The notes below the pieces were generated by a model. The model had not been told where the DNA came from and did no database searches. It saw only the letters and a list, made by a program, of their open reading frames with translations. Of a DNA stretch of 64,000 bases, positions 29,203-37,617 are shown in pieces. Positions within the stretch are counted from its first letter, which is position 1; each line of letters begins with the position of its first letter. The stretch covers positions 10,739 to 74,738 of the forward strand of contig JABDNS010000016.1 in assembly GCA_013043705.1 (NCBI GenBank), given 5' to 3'. Both the position numbers and the translations under genes were made by a program. The stretch is from Pseudomonadales bacterium (GTDB lineage Bacteria; Pseudomonadota; Gammaproteobacteria; Pseudomonadales; UBA7434).

Positions 29203-30153
29203 ATGACTAACAAAAGTGAAAACAACGCGGAGAGTTCCGTGCCTGAAAGCAGCACGCAAACCGGGCAAGGCAATGTTGAGGCTATGGATAAGCTGGTAAC
29301 GCTGAAAGAATTGCCTTCGATGGGTAGCTTGTTGCTGGGTATTGGTAAAACGTTGGTTAAGAAAGGCAAGGGTACGCGTTTGCCAGAAGCGACCTTTGCC
29401 TACAACAACCAGCGTATCGACCGCGAGCACTTGAATGCTTACCGTAAAATCTGCAAGTTTGAATCGACCGATGCTTTACCGCTTACCTACCTGCATGTAT
29501 TGGCATTTCGCATGCAACTGGCCATGTTGCTCGACGAAAGTTGCGATTTTCCGTTGCTAGGTTTGGTGCATATTCATAACGATATTACGCGTCACAAGGC
29601 GCTGCCAATGGATGCGCGTTACGATTTTAAATGTCGTTTTGAGCCAATTGCCAACCATCGCAAGGGCAAGTTGATAAGCACAGTGCTTGAAGCCTTTATA
29701 GATGAGGAACTGGTCTGGGAAGACCGCTCGATCAACCTGTGCCGCATGAAAAACGAAAATTTTGATAACGACGCAGCGCCAGCATTTGAGCCACTGCCGG
29801 TTGGCCGCAAGCCGGTTGCCAGCGTGGCCGAGCCCTGGAAACTACCCGCCGACCTGGGTCGCCGTTACGGCAAAATATCCGGCGACAGGAACCCTATCCA
29901 CACGCGCAAATTTACCGCCAGGATGCTTGGTTTCAAAAAACAGATTGCGCACGGCATGTGGAGCAAGGGCAGGGTATGCGCAGCAGTAGAGCCGCAAATG
30001 GGTGCAAAATTACGCGTGCGTTGTGACTTCAAACAACCGGTTTTTTTGCCCAGCAAAGTGCACTTTTATAGCGCCGATGAGAAAAAAGCCAAGCGCGCCG
30101 AAATCTGGAATCCGCAAGGCAACCGCGTTCACCTCGTCGCACGTTTCGATTAA
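29203..30153 (+). CDS. MaoC-like (R)-specific hydratase/dehydratase, double hot-dog (HtdX-like)
   Basis: MaoC hydratase motif region (SGDRNPIHT) in the C-terminal half. Follows the FabG4-like gene after 38 nt. Start at ATG 29203. Confidence 0.8.
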   Translation: MTNKSENNAESSVPESSTQTGQGNVEAMDKLVTLKELPSMGSLLLGIGKTLVKKGKGTRLPEATFAYNNQRIDREHLNAYRKICKFESTDALPLTYLHVLAFRMQLAMLLDESCDFPLLGLVHIHNDITRHKALPMDARYDFKCRFEPIANHRKGKLISTVLEAFIDEELVWEDRSINLCRMKNENFDNDAAPAFEPLPVGRKPVASVAEPWKLPADLGRRYGKISGDRNPIHTRKFTARMLGFKKQIAHGMWSKGRVCAAVEPQMGAKLRVRCDFKQPVFLPSKVHFYSADEKKAKRAEIWNPQGNRVHLVARFD

Positions 30154-30159
30154 AACCAC

Positions 30160-30177
30160 GGGGACAGTTTACTTTTT
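30160..30177 (+). repeat. REP singlet (GGGGACAGTTTACTTTTT)
   Basis: Direct copy of the left arm, 3 nt upstream of the hairpin at 30181. Confidence 0.85.
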
Positions 30178-30180
30178 CCA

Positions 30181-30237
30181 GGGGACAGTTTACTTTTACT
30201 GAGCGACGCAGTCGCTCAGTAAAAGTAAACTGTCCCC
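30181..30237. repeat. REP hairpin (REPIN-like), T-type arms, perfect 27-bp stem, loop gca
   Basis: ggggacagtttacttttactgagcgac-gca-gtcgctcagtaaaagtaaactgtcccc. Confidence 0.95.
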
Positions 30238-30262
30238 GAGGTTTTAAAAAAGGAGAGCTACC

Positions 30263-30841
30263 ATGGCAAGGATCGCCAGGCTGGTACTACCCGGCCACCC
30301 GCATCACATTACCCAGCGCGGTAATCGCCGCCAGACTACTTTTTTCAATGCAGCAGATTACCGCGCCTACATTGCGTTGGTAGCCCGCGGTGCAGAAGCC
30401 GCAGAAGTGGGGGTGCTCGCATATTGCCTGATGCCCAACCACGTACATTTCATTGTCGTGCCACAGCGCAAGAACAGTCTCGCGGCATTGTTTAGCGAAG
30501 CGCATCGTCGCTACACGCGCCGTATCAATGAGCGTGAGAAATGGTGTGGTCATCTGTGGCAGGCGCGCTTTCACTCGGCGGCACTGGACGAGCAGCACTT
30601 ACTGGCGGCAGCGCGCTATGTTGAGCTAAACCCGGTGCGTGCGACCATGTGCCAGCAGCCACAAGAATGGCCGTGGTCAAGCGCGCGAGCGCACTTGGCG
30701 GGGATCAATGATGCGCTGGTAGATGTGGCGCCGATGCTCGGACGCGTTAACAATTGGCGAGAATATCTTGGTGCGGAAGTGCCTGAACAGCATATTGAGG
30801 CGATAAGGCGCAATACTCGCAGTGGAAGGTCGTTTGTGTAG
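30263..30841 (+). CDS. REP-associated tyrosine transposase (RAYT; IS200/IS605-like Y1 transposase family)
   Basis: 192 aa. HUH motif in LMPNHVHFIVVP and catalytic-Tyr helix motif AARYVELNPVRA. AGGAG lies 8 nt upstream of the ATG. Flanked by REP hairpins. Confidence 0.9.
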   Translation: MARIARLVLPGHPHHITQRGNRRQTTFFNAADYRAYIALVARGAEAAEVGVLAYCLMPNHVHFIVVPQRKNSLAALFSEAHRRYTRRINEREKWCGHLWQARFHSAALDEQHLLAAARYVELNPVRATMCQQPQEWPWSSARAHLAGINDALVDVAPMLGRVNNWREYLGAEVPEQHIEAIRRNTRSGRSFV

Positions 30842-30847
30842 AGCATA

Positions 30848-30900
30848 GGGGACAGCTTACTTTTATAATCGCTCTGCGATTATAAAAGTAAGCTGTCCCC
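30848..30900. repeat. REP hairpin, C-type arms, perfect 25-bp stem, loop tct
   Basis: ggggacagcttacttttataatcgc-tct-gcgattataaaagtaagctgtcccc. Confidence 0.95.
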
Positions 30901-30923
30901 GTGGTTCTGCGGTTGTTTTGGGG

Positions 30924-31964
30924 TTACATTTGCGCGGTGGGTGTGCTGGCCGATAGCGCACGCTCTTCGTCGTCCATCTCGGCTTCAATGTCGGCGAACA
31001 GTGGCGTGCTTAGGTAACGTTCCCCCGTATCGGGCAACATGCAAAGAATGTTGCTGCCGTCCTCGGCTTTTTCTGCCACTTCCAATGCGCCAGCAAAAGT
31101 GCCGCCGGCGCTAATGCCTACAAAAATACCTTCCTGTTGCGCGAGTTCGCGCGAGCAATCTAGTGCCGCTTCGTTTTGAATGGTAAGAATGCGGTCGATA
31201 CCGCCGGCCTGGCGCGCATCGCTTAACAGCTTGGAGATAAAATCCGGCGTCCAGCCCTGCATGGGGTGCGGCTTGAATGCCGGGTGAGATTCAGCGGCGG
31301 AGCCATCTTCGTTTTGCTTTTGCACGACGCCGCTATCGAGCAGGTTGGCTTCGGCCGGTTCGCACACGACAATGCGCGTTTTGGGGCTTTGCTCGCGCAA
31401 TACTTTCGCAACACCTTTCAAGGTGCCGCCGGTGCCGTAACCGGTGACCCAGTAATCCAGTGGGTCGTCGGCAAAGGCTTGAATGATTTCCGGGCCAGTG
31501 GTGCGTGCATGCATCTCGGCGTTTGCCTCATTCTCGAATTGCCTTGCCAGGAACCAGCCATTTGCCTCGGCGAGTTCGCGTGCCTTGGCAACCATTCCGG
31601 TGCCTTTTAACGGTGCGGGTGTTAACACTACCCTAGCGCCGAGGAAGCGCATCAATTTTCGACGTTCAACGCTGAAGCTCTCGGCCATGGTTAACACCAA
31701 TGGGTAACCTTTTTGCGCGCAAACCATGGCAAGCCCAATGCCGGTATTACCGCTGGTGGCTTCTACGACGGTCTGGCCGGGTTCCAGCTCTCCACTTTTT
31801 TCGGCCGCTTCTATAACCCCTAGCGCCAGCCGGTCTTTTACCGAGCCCAGAGGATTGAAAGCCTCGATTTTCACGAACATATTCACGTGAGGGGGTGCTA
31901 GGCGGTTGATTCTCACCACCGGCGTGTTGCCGATGGTGTGCAAGATATTGGGAACGGGTTGCAT
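30924..31964 (-). CDS. cysK: Cysteine synthase family PLP enzyme (CysK/CysM-like, long form)
   Basis: PLP-lysine motif NPLGSVKDR, TSGNTGIGLA and the GISAGG phosphate loop. 346 aa, with an internal insertion and a C-terminal tail relative to the roughly 320-aa CysK. Confidence 0.85.
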   Translation of the reverse strand: MQPVPNILHTIGNTPVVRINRLAPPHVNMFVKIEAFNPLGSVKDRLALGVIEAAEKSGELEPGQTVVEATSGNTGIGLAMVCAQKGYPLVLTMAESFSVERRKLMRFLGARVVLTPAPLKGTGMVAKARELAEANGWFLARQFENEANAEMHARTTGPEIIQAFADDPLDYWVTGYGTGGTLKGVAKVLREQSPKTRIVVCEPAEANLLDSGVVQKQNEDGSAAESHPAFKPHPMQGWTPDFISKLLSDARQAGGIDRILTIQNEAALDCSRELAQQEGIFVGISAGGTFAGALEVAEKAEDGSNILCMLPDTGERYLSTPLFADIEAEMDDEERALSASTPTAQM

Positions 31965-31989
31965 GGTGATTGCCTCCGGTGAAAACCAC

Positions 31990-32007
31990 GGGGACAGTTT
32001 ACCTTTT
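31990..32007 (+). repeat. REP singlet (GGGGACAGTTTACCTTTT)
   Basis: Left-arm-like copy, 22 nt upstream of the hairpin at 32030. Confidence 0.8.
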
Positions 32008-32029
32008 TTGAAACCAGGGGGGAACCAAC

Positions 32030-32085
32030 GGGACAGCTTACTTTTGCTGTGCGGCAGAGCCGCTCAGGAAAAGTAAGCTGTCCCC
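32030..32085. repeat. REP hairpin, C-type arms, core with 2 mismatches, loop aga
   Basis: cgggacagcttacttttgctgtgcggc-aga-gccgctcaggaaaagtaagctgtcccc. It lies in the divergent cysK-like/ispG promoter region. Confidence 0.9.
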
Positions 32086-32119
32086 AAGCTGTGCTTAGGG
32101 TGTAAAATGCGCGCCCTGT

Positions 32120-33370
32120 ATGAGTATTTCTGAAGCTATTCCACCCGCCTCCAACAACGCACGCCACGCGGTCGACGTGGGCGGTGTTATCGTGGGTGGC
32201 GACGCGCCGGTGGTGGTGCAGTCGATGACCAACACTGACACCGCCGACATTGAGGGCACCACCGCGCAGATTATCGAGCTGGCCGATGCCGGCTCCGAGC
32301 TGGTGCGCATTACGGTAAACAATAACGAGGCCGCCGCGGCAGTGCCGCACATTGCCGAGCGCCTGCAGATTCGCAATGTGCGCGTGCCGATAGTGGGCGA
32401 CTTTCATTTTAACGGCCATAAACTTTTAGCCGAGCATCCGGCCTGTGCAGAAACGCTGGATAAATATCGCATTAATCCGGGCAACGTTGGTCGCGGCGCA
32501 AAAAAAGACAAACAGTTTGCCGAGATGATCGAGTTTGCCTGTCGCTACAACAAACCGGTTCGCATTGGTGTTAACTGGGGCAGCCTCGACCAGGCCTTGT
32601 TGGCTGAGCTTTTAGACGACAACGCAAAACTGCCCGAGCCATTGCCGCTAGACGAAATGATGCGTCGTGCGGTAATTCACTCTGCGCTGCAAAGCGCCGC
32701 GCAAGCCGAACAGCTGGGCTTGCCCGCGAACAAAATAATTATTTCCTGCAAGACTAGCAAAGTGCAAGACCTGGTTACCATTTACCAGCGCCTTGCCGAG
32801 CAGAGTCATTATGCCTTGCACCTTGGCCTTACCGAAGCGGGCATGGGTAGCAAGGGTATTGTTGCCTCCACTGCCGCGCTGTCGGTGTTATTACAGCAAG
32901 GCATTGGCGATACGATAAGAATTTCGCTTACACCTGAGCCCGGCGGTAGCCGCAGCAAGGAAGTGCAGGTGGCGCAAGAAATATTGCAGAGCATGGGCCT
33001 GCGCGCGTTCACGCCGATGGTCATAGCCTGCCCGGGCTGTGGCCGCACTACCAGCACCTACTTCCAGCAGTTGGCCGAAGACATCCAGGCTTATCTTCGC
33101 GAACAGATGCCGCACTGGCGCAACAGCCATCCGGGCGTGGAACATATGAACGTGGCGGTAATGGGCTGTGTAGTCAACGGCCCTGGCGAATCCAAGCACG
33201 CCAATATCGGCATTAGCTTGCCAGGTACGGGAGAGCGGCCAGTGGCGCCGGTGTATATCGATGGGCAGAAGGACGTAACGCTTAAAGGCGACGATATTGC
33301 CGGTGAATTCAAGGCGCTGGTGGATAGCTACGTCGAGCGCAACTACCCGGCTGCCCCGGCCCGCGCCTGA
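32120..33370 (+). CDS. ispG: 4-hydroxy-3-methylbut-2-en-1-yl diphosphate synthase (MEP pathway)
   Basis: [15 protein letters not shown]-terminal motif and [4Fe-4S] Cys ligands (ACPGCGRT ... [10 protein letters not shown]). Confidence 0.93.
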   Translation: MSISEAIPPASNNARHAVDVGGVIVGGDAPVVVQSMTNTDTADIEGTTAQIIELADAGSELVRITVNNNEAAAAVPHIAERLQIRNVRVPIVGDFHFNGHKLLAEHPACAETLDKYRINPGNVGRGAKKDKQFAEMIEFACRYNKPVRIGVNWGSLDQALLAELLDDNAKLPEPLPLDEMMRRAVIHSALQSAAQAEQLGLPANKIIISCKTSKVQDLVTIYQRLAEQSHYALHLGLTEAGMGSKGIVASTAALSVLLQQGIGDTIRISLTPEPGGSRSKEVQVAQEILQSMGLRAFTPMVIACPGCGRTTSTYFQQLAEDIQAYLREQMPHWRNSHPGVEHMNVAVMGCVVNGPGESKHANIGISLPGTGERPVAPVYIDGQKDVTLKGDDIAGEFKALVDSYVERNYPAAPARA

Positions 33371-33522
33371 GCCCTGGCCGAGTGTGTTTCTGGCGCGCAT
33401 TGCAGTTTGTTTAAAAATTCGACGATTGCAGCCGCACCACCAAAAACCTATAATCGCGCACCTTTTTTTGTCAGGCCAGAAAGTCCTTTCTGGCTCAATC
33501 GTTCCCGAATCCGGAGATTTTA

Positions 33523-33951
33523 ATGGGCATCGAACGCACGCTATCTATTGTTAAACCCGACGCTGTAGGCAAAAACGTTATTGGCGAAATTTACTCGCGA
33601 TTCGAGAAGGCGGGGCTGAGTATTGCCGCAGCGCGTATGATGCATATGGATGCGGCGGTAGCGGGCGGCTTTTACGCCGAACATGAAGGCAGGCCGTTTT
33701 TTAATGATTTGATTGCGTTTATGACCTCCGGGCCGGTGATGGTGCAGGTGCTGGAAGGCGAGTCTGCGATTGCGCGCAACCGCGAAATAATGGGCGCTAC
33801 GAACCCTCAAGAAGCCGGTAAAGGCACGATTCGAGCTGACTTCGCCGAGTCGATAGATGCCAACGCTGTACACGGTTCGGATTCACCTGCATCGGCTGCG
33901 CGCGAAATCGCGTATTTCTTTGGCGACGATGAAATTTACTCACGCAAGTAG
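33523..33951 (+). CDS. ndk: Nucleoside diphosphate kinase
   Basis: [15 protein letters not shown] start and active-site NAVHGSDS. 142 aa. Confidence 0.96.
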   Translation: MGIERTLSIVKPDAVGKNVIGEIYSRFEKAGLSIAAARMMHMDAAVAGGFYAEHEGRPFFNDLIAFMTSGPVMVQVLEGESAIARNREIMGATNPQEAGKGTIRADFAESIDANAVHGSDSPASAAREIAYFFGDDEIYSRK

Positions 33952-34083
33952 GCGGGCCGGTGTTTACTGCTCGGCTGTTGCTCCGCTTGCCTGGTGCTGC
34001 TGTTGCAATTTGCTGAGTTGGGGAACCAATTTGGCTGGCCAACCCACTAAGCTATTCGTTTACTAACAATAACAGGCAACTTT

Positions 34084-35277
34084 ATGCCCACAACTGCAGT
34101 AAACAACAGGACCAACCTGTTAGGCAAAACCGAAGCGCAGTTGCGGGACTACTTTGTATCGCTCGGCGAAAAACCCTTTCGTGCCAAGCAGGTTTTAAAG
34201 TGGATTCACCAGGCCGGCATCAGCGACTTTGCTGCAATGACCGACCTGAGTGTGGCGCTGCGCGAAAAGCTTGCTAATGTTGCTGAAATATCTGCGCCCG
34301 ACATCGTAAGCCAGCGTGATTCCAAAGATGGCACTCGCAAATGGGTGCTGCGAGTAAGCGGCGGTAGCTGCGTTGAAACCGTTTATATTCCAGAGGCTGA
34401 CCGCGGCACGCTTTGCGTAAGCTCGCAAGTGGGCTGCTCGCTTGACTGCAGTTTTTGCGCCACCGGTAAACAGGGTTTTATGCGCGACCTGGGCGCGGCC
34501 GAAATCATTGGCCAGTTGTGGCTGGCCAAACATAGCTTCAATACCTATGACGCAAGCCGCGAACTAGCCGATGGTGAGCACGGCAAGATCACCAACGTGG
34601 TGATGATGGGTATGGGTGAGCCGCTACTCAATTTCGACAACGTGGTTAGCGCAATGAACCTGATGATGGATGATAACGCGCACGGTCTGTCGAAGCGGCG
34701 GGTAACCTTGAGCACATCCGGCGTTGTTCCGATGCTGGATAAGTTAAGCGAAGCGAGCGACTGTGCGCTGGCAGTTTCACTTCACGCGCCGAACGATGAA
34801 CTGCGCAATGAGCTCGTGCCTATCAACAAAAAATACCCGATTGCCATGCTAATGGATTCGGCCCAGCGTTATATGGATGCAGTGGGCGGCAACAAGCGCG
34901 TCATCACTATTGAATATACACTCATCGACCAGGTTAACGATTCGTTGCAGCTTGCGCAGCAGCTGGCGCAGCTACTCAAAAATGTGCCATGCAAAATTAA
35001 CCTGATCCCGTTTAATCCGTTTCCACTCTCCGATTACCGCCGCCCGAGTAACAATCGCATTCACGCCTTCCAGCGCGTGCTGCGCGAAGCCGGGCACATT
35101 GCGCATATCCGGACTACCCGTGGCGAGGATATCGACGCAGCGTGCGGGCAGTTAGCCGGTGAAGTGCTCGATCGAACAAGGCGCAGCGAGCGTTATCGCC
35201 AGGCGCAGGGCAACAGCGAAGGCGCCGGGCCGGCCGGCGCGGCGACAGCCGAACCACATATTTTTGCCAGGGGTTAG
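34084..35277 (+). CDS. rlmN: 23S rRNA/tRNA A2503/A37 C2-methyltransferase RlmN (radical SAM)
   Basis: Radical-SAM cluster motif [11 protein letters not shown]. Conserved neighbourhood after ndk. Confidence 0.93.
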   Translation: MPTTAVNNRTNLLGKTEAQLRDYFVSLGEKPFRAKQVLKWIHQAGISDFAAMTDLSVALREKLANVAEISAPDIVSQRDSKDGTRKWVLRVSGGSCVETVYIPEADRGTLCVSSQVGCSLDCSFCATGKQGFMRDLGAAEIIGQLWLAKHSFNTYDASRELADGEHGKITNVVMMGMGEPLLNFDNVVSAMNLMMDDNAHGLSKRRVTLSTSGVVPMLDKLSEASDCALAVSLHAPNDELRNELVPINKKYPIAMLMDSAQRYMDAVGGNKRVITIEYTLIDQVNDSLQLAQQLAQLLKNVPCKINLIPFNPFPLSDYRRPSNNRIHAFQRVLREAGHIAHIRTTRGEDIDAACGQLAGEVLDRTRRSERYRQAQGNSEGAGPAGAATAEPHIFARG

Positions 35278-35371
35278 TATGAATTTGCCGCACATTGCGC
35301 AGGTCTTCACCAGTTGCACACGCCTTGCGCAAGCCGTGGCCAAGCGGCTAAAGCCGCGTGGCGCGGTGCAA

Positions 35372-36178
35372 ATGAAAAAACTTGCCCCGCAGCGTCTGGC
35401 GCGCTTTATCGCGCTGTCGCTGCTGGTTATGATGCCAATGGCCTGTGTTACTACCAAAACAGGCGGTGTAGGTAATGCGGCAAGTACCGATGAAGCGGTT
35501 TCCGCACGCGTGGCTGCAGCTGTACAGTACCTGCAGAAGCGGGATTTCGAGTCGGCCAGGCGGCACCTGAAAAGCGCGCTGGAGCTGGATGGGAGATCCC
35601 CCGAGGCGCACGACGCGCTAGCCTACACCTTCCTCCTCAGCGGAGAGTTGGAGCTGGCAGCGGTACATTACAAGAACGCGGTTAACTACAGCAATGGCGG
35701 TTCGCGCTACCGGCTGAATTACGCGAACTATCTGTTCCAACAGGGCAATTTCGAGCAGGCAGAAAAGCATTTGCAAATTGTTGTTGATGATTCCCTCTAC
35801 GAAAAGCGCGTTGCAGCGCTGTATTTGTTGGGAATGACCCAACAGCAGCTGTTAAAAATTGAGCAAGCGCGCCGATCCTTTGAGCGAGCTCTCGTTTTAG
35901 ACCGAGCGGACCGCCGGGTTCTGCGAGAGTTGGCTATTATGAATTATGACGCGCGCGATTTCGAAGGCGCGTGGCAGTATTTCCAGCAGTATCGGCGCTA
36001 CACCAGCAAGCCCAGCGCCGAGATGTTATTGCTCGGCATTGAGCTGGCCAGACAGTTGAACGAGGCCGACGCCGAAGCAAGCTACGTGTTGGCACTGAAA
36101 AACATTTATCCGGATTCGCGCGAGTACCAGAGTTACAAGCGTGATCTAGAAGCCCGGCGCAAGCGCGCGAAGCAGTAA
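35372..36178 (+). CDS. pilW: Type IV pilus biogenesis/stability TPR lipoprotein PilW (PilF)
   Basis: Lipoprotein signal (LLVMMPMAC) followed by TPR repeats. Sits between rlmN and rodZ, as in Pseudomonas. Start chosen at MKKLAPQ (35372); the track ORF begins at 35159 inside rlmN. Confidence 0.75.
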   Translation: MKKLAPQRLARFIALSLLVMMPMACVTTKTGGVGNAASTDEAVSARVAAAVQYLQKRDFESARRHLKSALELDGRSPEAHDALAYTFLLSGELELAAVHYKNAVNYSNGGSRYRLNYANYLFQQGNFEQAEKHLQIVVDDSLYEKRVAALYLLGMTQQQLLKIEQARRSFERALVLDRADRRVLRELAIMNYDARDFEGAWQYFQQYRRYTSKPSAEMLLLGIELARQLNEADAEASYVLALKNIYPDSREYQSYKRDLEARRKRAKQ

Positions 36179-36223
36179 GCTGCTGCTGCGCGGCATCGGG
36201 CGAAAACGAGTAATCGAGAAACG

Positions 36224-37504
36224 ATGAAGGAAGAAATCATATCCTCTGTGCGGGTTACCCCGCGCGATTCGTCCACCCCGGCAAGCGCCAGGGTCGACGC
36301 GGACGAAAGCACACAGGACACAAGCATTGCTGGGAACAGCACTGCGCAGAACGGCACCGGCACTGGCTCCCAAGACCGCCTGGCAGGGTTGCCAATCAAC
36401 AAGCCTGCCTCGATGGGCGCGCTGCTGCGTGCATCGCGCGAGGCTCGCCAATTGAGCCTGCACGATGTGAGTGCGCAAACCCAAATTGCGCTGGAACATA
36501 TTGCTGCACTTGAGGCCGACAAAACCTTAGCGCTACCGCAGCCGTTCGTGCGTGGCTACGCAAAATCCTACGCTATGCTGCTGGGTATAGAGCCGGAATA
36601 CCTCGACAAACTCATGCCGCGTGCAACTTCCAACGCGGCTGCTGAAGCAACTACTGCGAAACCAACTACTGCGCAAGGTGCAACTGCGGCGCGCAAGGCG
36701 CAAGACGCAGATAGCGCGCCAGCTGCGCCTGGCTTGCATAAACAACGCGGCAAAAAATTTGGCTTTCGCAATGGTTCGAGCTGGTCGCAAGGATTGCTGG
36801 GCTCGCCCGACGGCCTGTTGCGTGCGGCAACAACTACAACCGTGCCATTGTTATTGATGTGCCTGGTGACCTTTGCCTACCATGCCATCGACAGTGAGTT
36901 CGATGCAGCGCGTGATGCCAATCTTGCGCGCAGCGCGCTAGGCCAAACTCCGGATGCACTGGGTACGCTGGCCCACGAGGCGGTCGCAGCGCCGAGTATT
37001 GCCGACAGTACGCGTTTAACCGTGGGTGCAGAGTCGGAGCCCGCTGCGCTGCAAGTAGTTGGCTCGCCAATAGCCAGCGTGCAGCTAGCTGATACGCCAG
37101 CAACTACGCCAGCAACTACGCCCGCAACTACGCCCGCAACTACGCCAACAACTACAGCCACAGCCATCGCGGCGGCCACCGAGGTGCCCAACGCCAATAT
37201 GCGCGATTTGCATGAGCCTGTAGGCCCGGGCGCGGCGAACATGATTTCCCAGCTGCAGGTGCCCGACAGGCTTGTGATAGACGTTTATGAAGACAGCTGG
37301 ATCGACATCCGCGATAGCCAGGGCAATCGACTGTATCGCAACCTGGCCCGCGCCGGCCGGCGCATCGATGTTAGCGGCAGCCTGCCGTTTTCGCTGCACG
37401 TGGGCAACGCGCCTGCGCTGGACATTGCGTTAAATGGCGAGCGTGTCCCCATCACCCGCTATCGTGCGGACAATAGCGCACGCTTGACGCTAGCCAGCAA
37501 CTAG
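36224..37504 (+). CDS. rodZ: Cytoskeleton protein RodZ-like (HTH + TM + Pro/Thr/Ala linker + C-terminal domain)
   Basis: HTH region LRASREARQLSLHDVSAQTQIALEHIAALE, a single TM (VPLLLMCLVTFAY) and a conserved C-terminal beta domain (WIDIRDSQGNRLY). The N-terminal start is uncertain. Confidence 0.75.
   Translation: MKEEIISSVRVTPRDSSTPASARVDADESTQDTSIAGNSTAQNGTGTGSQDRLAGLPINKPASMGALLRASREARQLSLHDVSAQTQIALEHIAALEADKTLALPQPFVRGYAKSYAMLLGIEPEYLDKLMPRATSNAAAEATTAKPTTAQGATAARKAQDADSAPAAPGLHKQRGKKFGFRNGSSWSQGLLGSPDGLLRAATTTTVPLLLMCLVTFAYHAIDSEFDAARDANLARSALGQTPDALGTLAHEAVAAPSIADSTRLTVGAESEPAALQVVGSPIASVQLADTPATTPATTPATTPATTPTTTATAIAAATEVPNANMRDLHEPVGPGAANMISQLQVPDRLVIDVYEDSWIDIRDSQGNRLYRNLARAGRRIDVSGSLPFSLHVGNAPALDIALNGERVPITRYRADNSARLTLASN
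37094..37153 (+). repeat. 12-bp tandem repeat x5 (ACGCCAGCAACT) encoding (TPAT)5 inside rodZ
   Basis: acgccagcaact x2, acgcccgcaact x2, acgccaacaact x1, head to tail and in frame. Confidence 0.9.
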
Positions 37505-37617
37505 CTGCTCGCCTACAATCCCGCCTCGCGGCTTGATCGCCGCATTTTTCACAGCGCCTTAGATGTGCGCTATACGTTCACTCTGCCAGTAGGGTACCAG
37601 CGCACGCCGGGCCGATC

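Larger units (their letters stand above)
30151..30910 (+). mobile_element. RAYT locus: REP singlet + REP hairpin / Y1 transposase / REP hairpin
   Basis: See the component features. The same 16-17-nt REP arm flanks the transposase-like gene on both sides. Confidence 0.85.
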
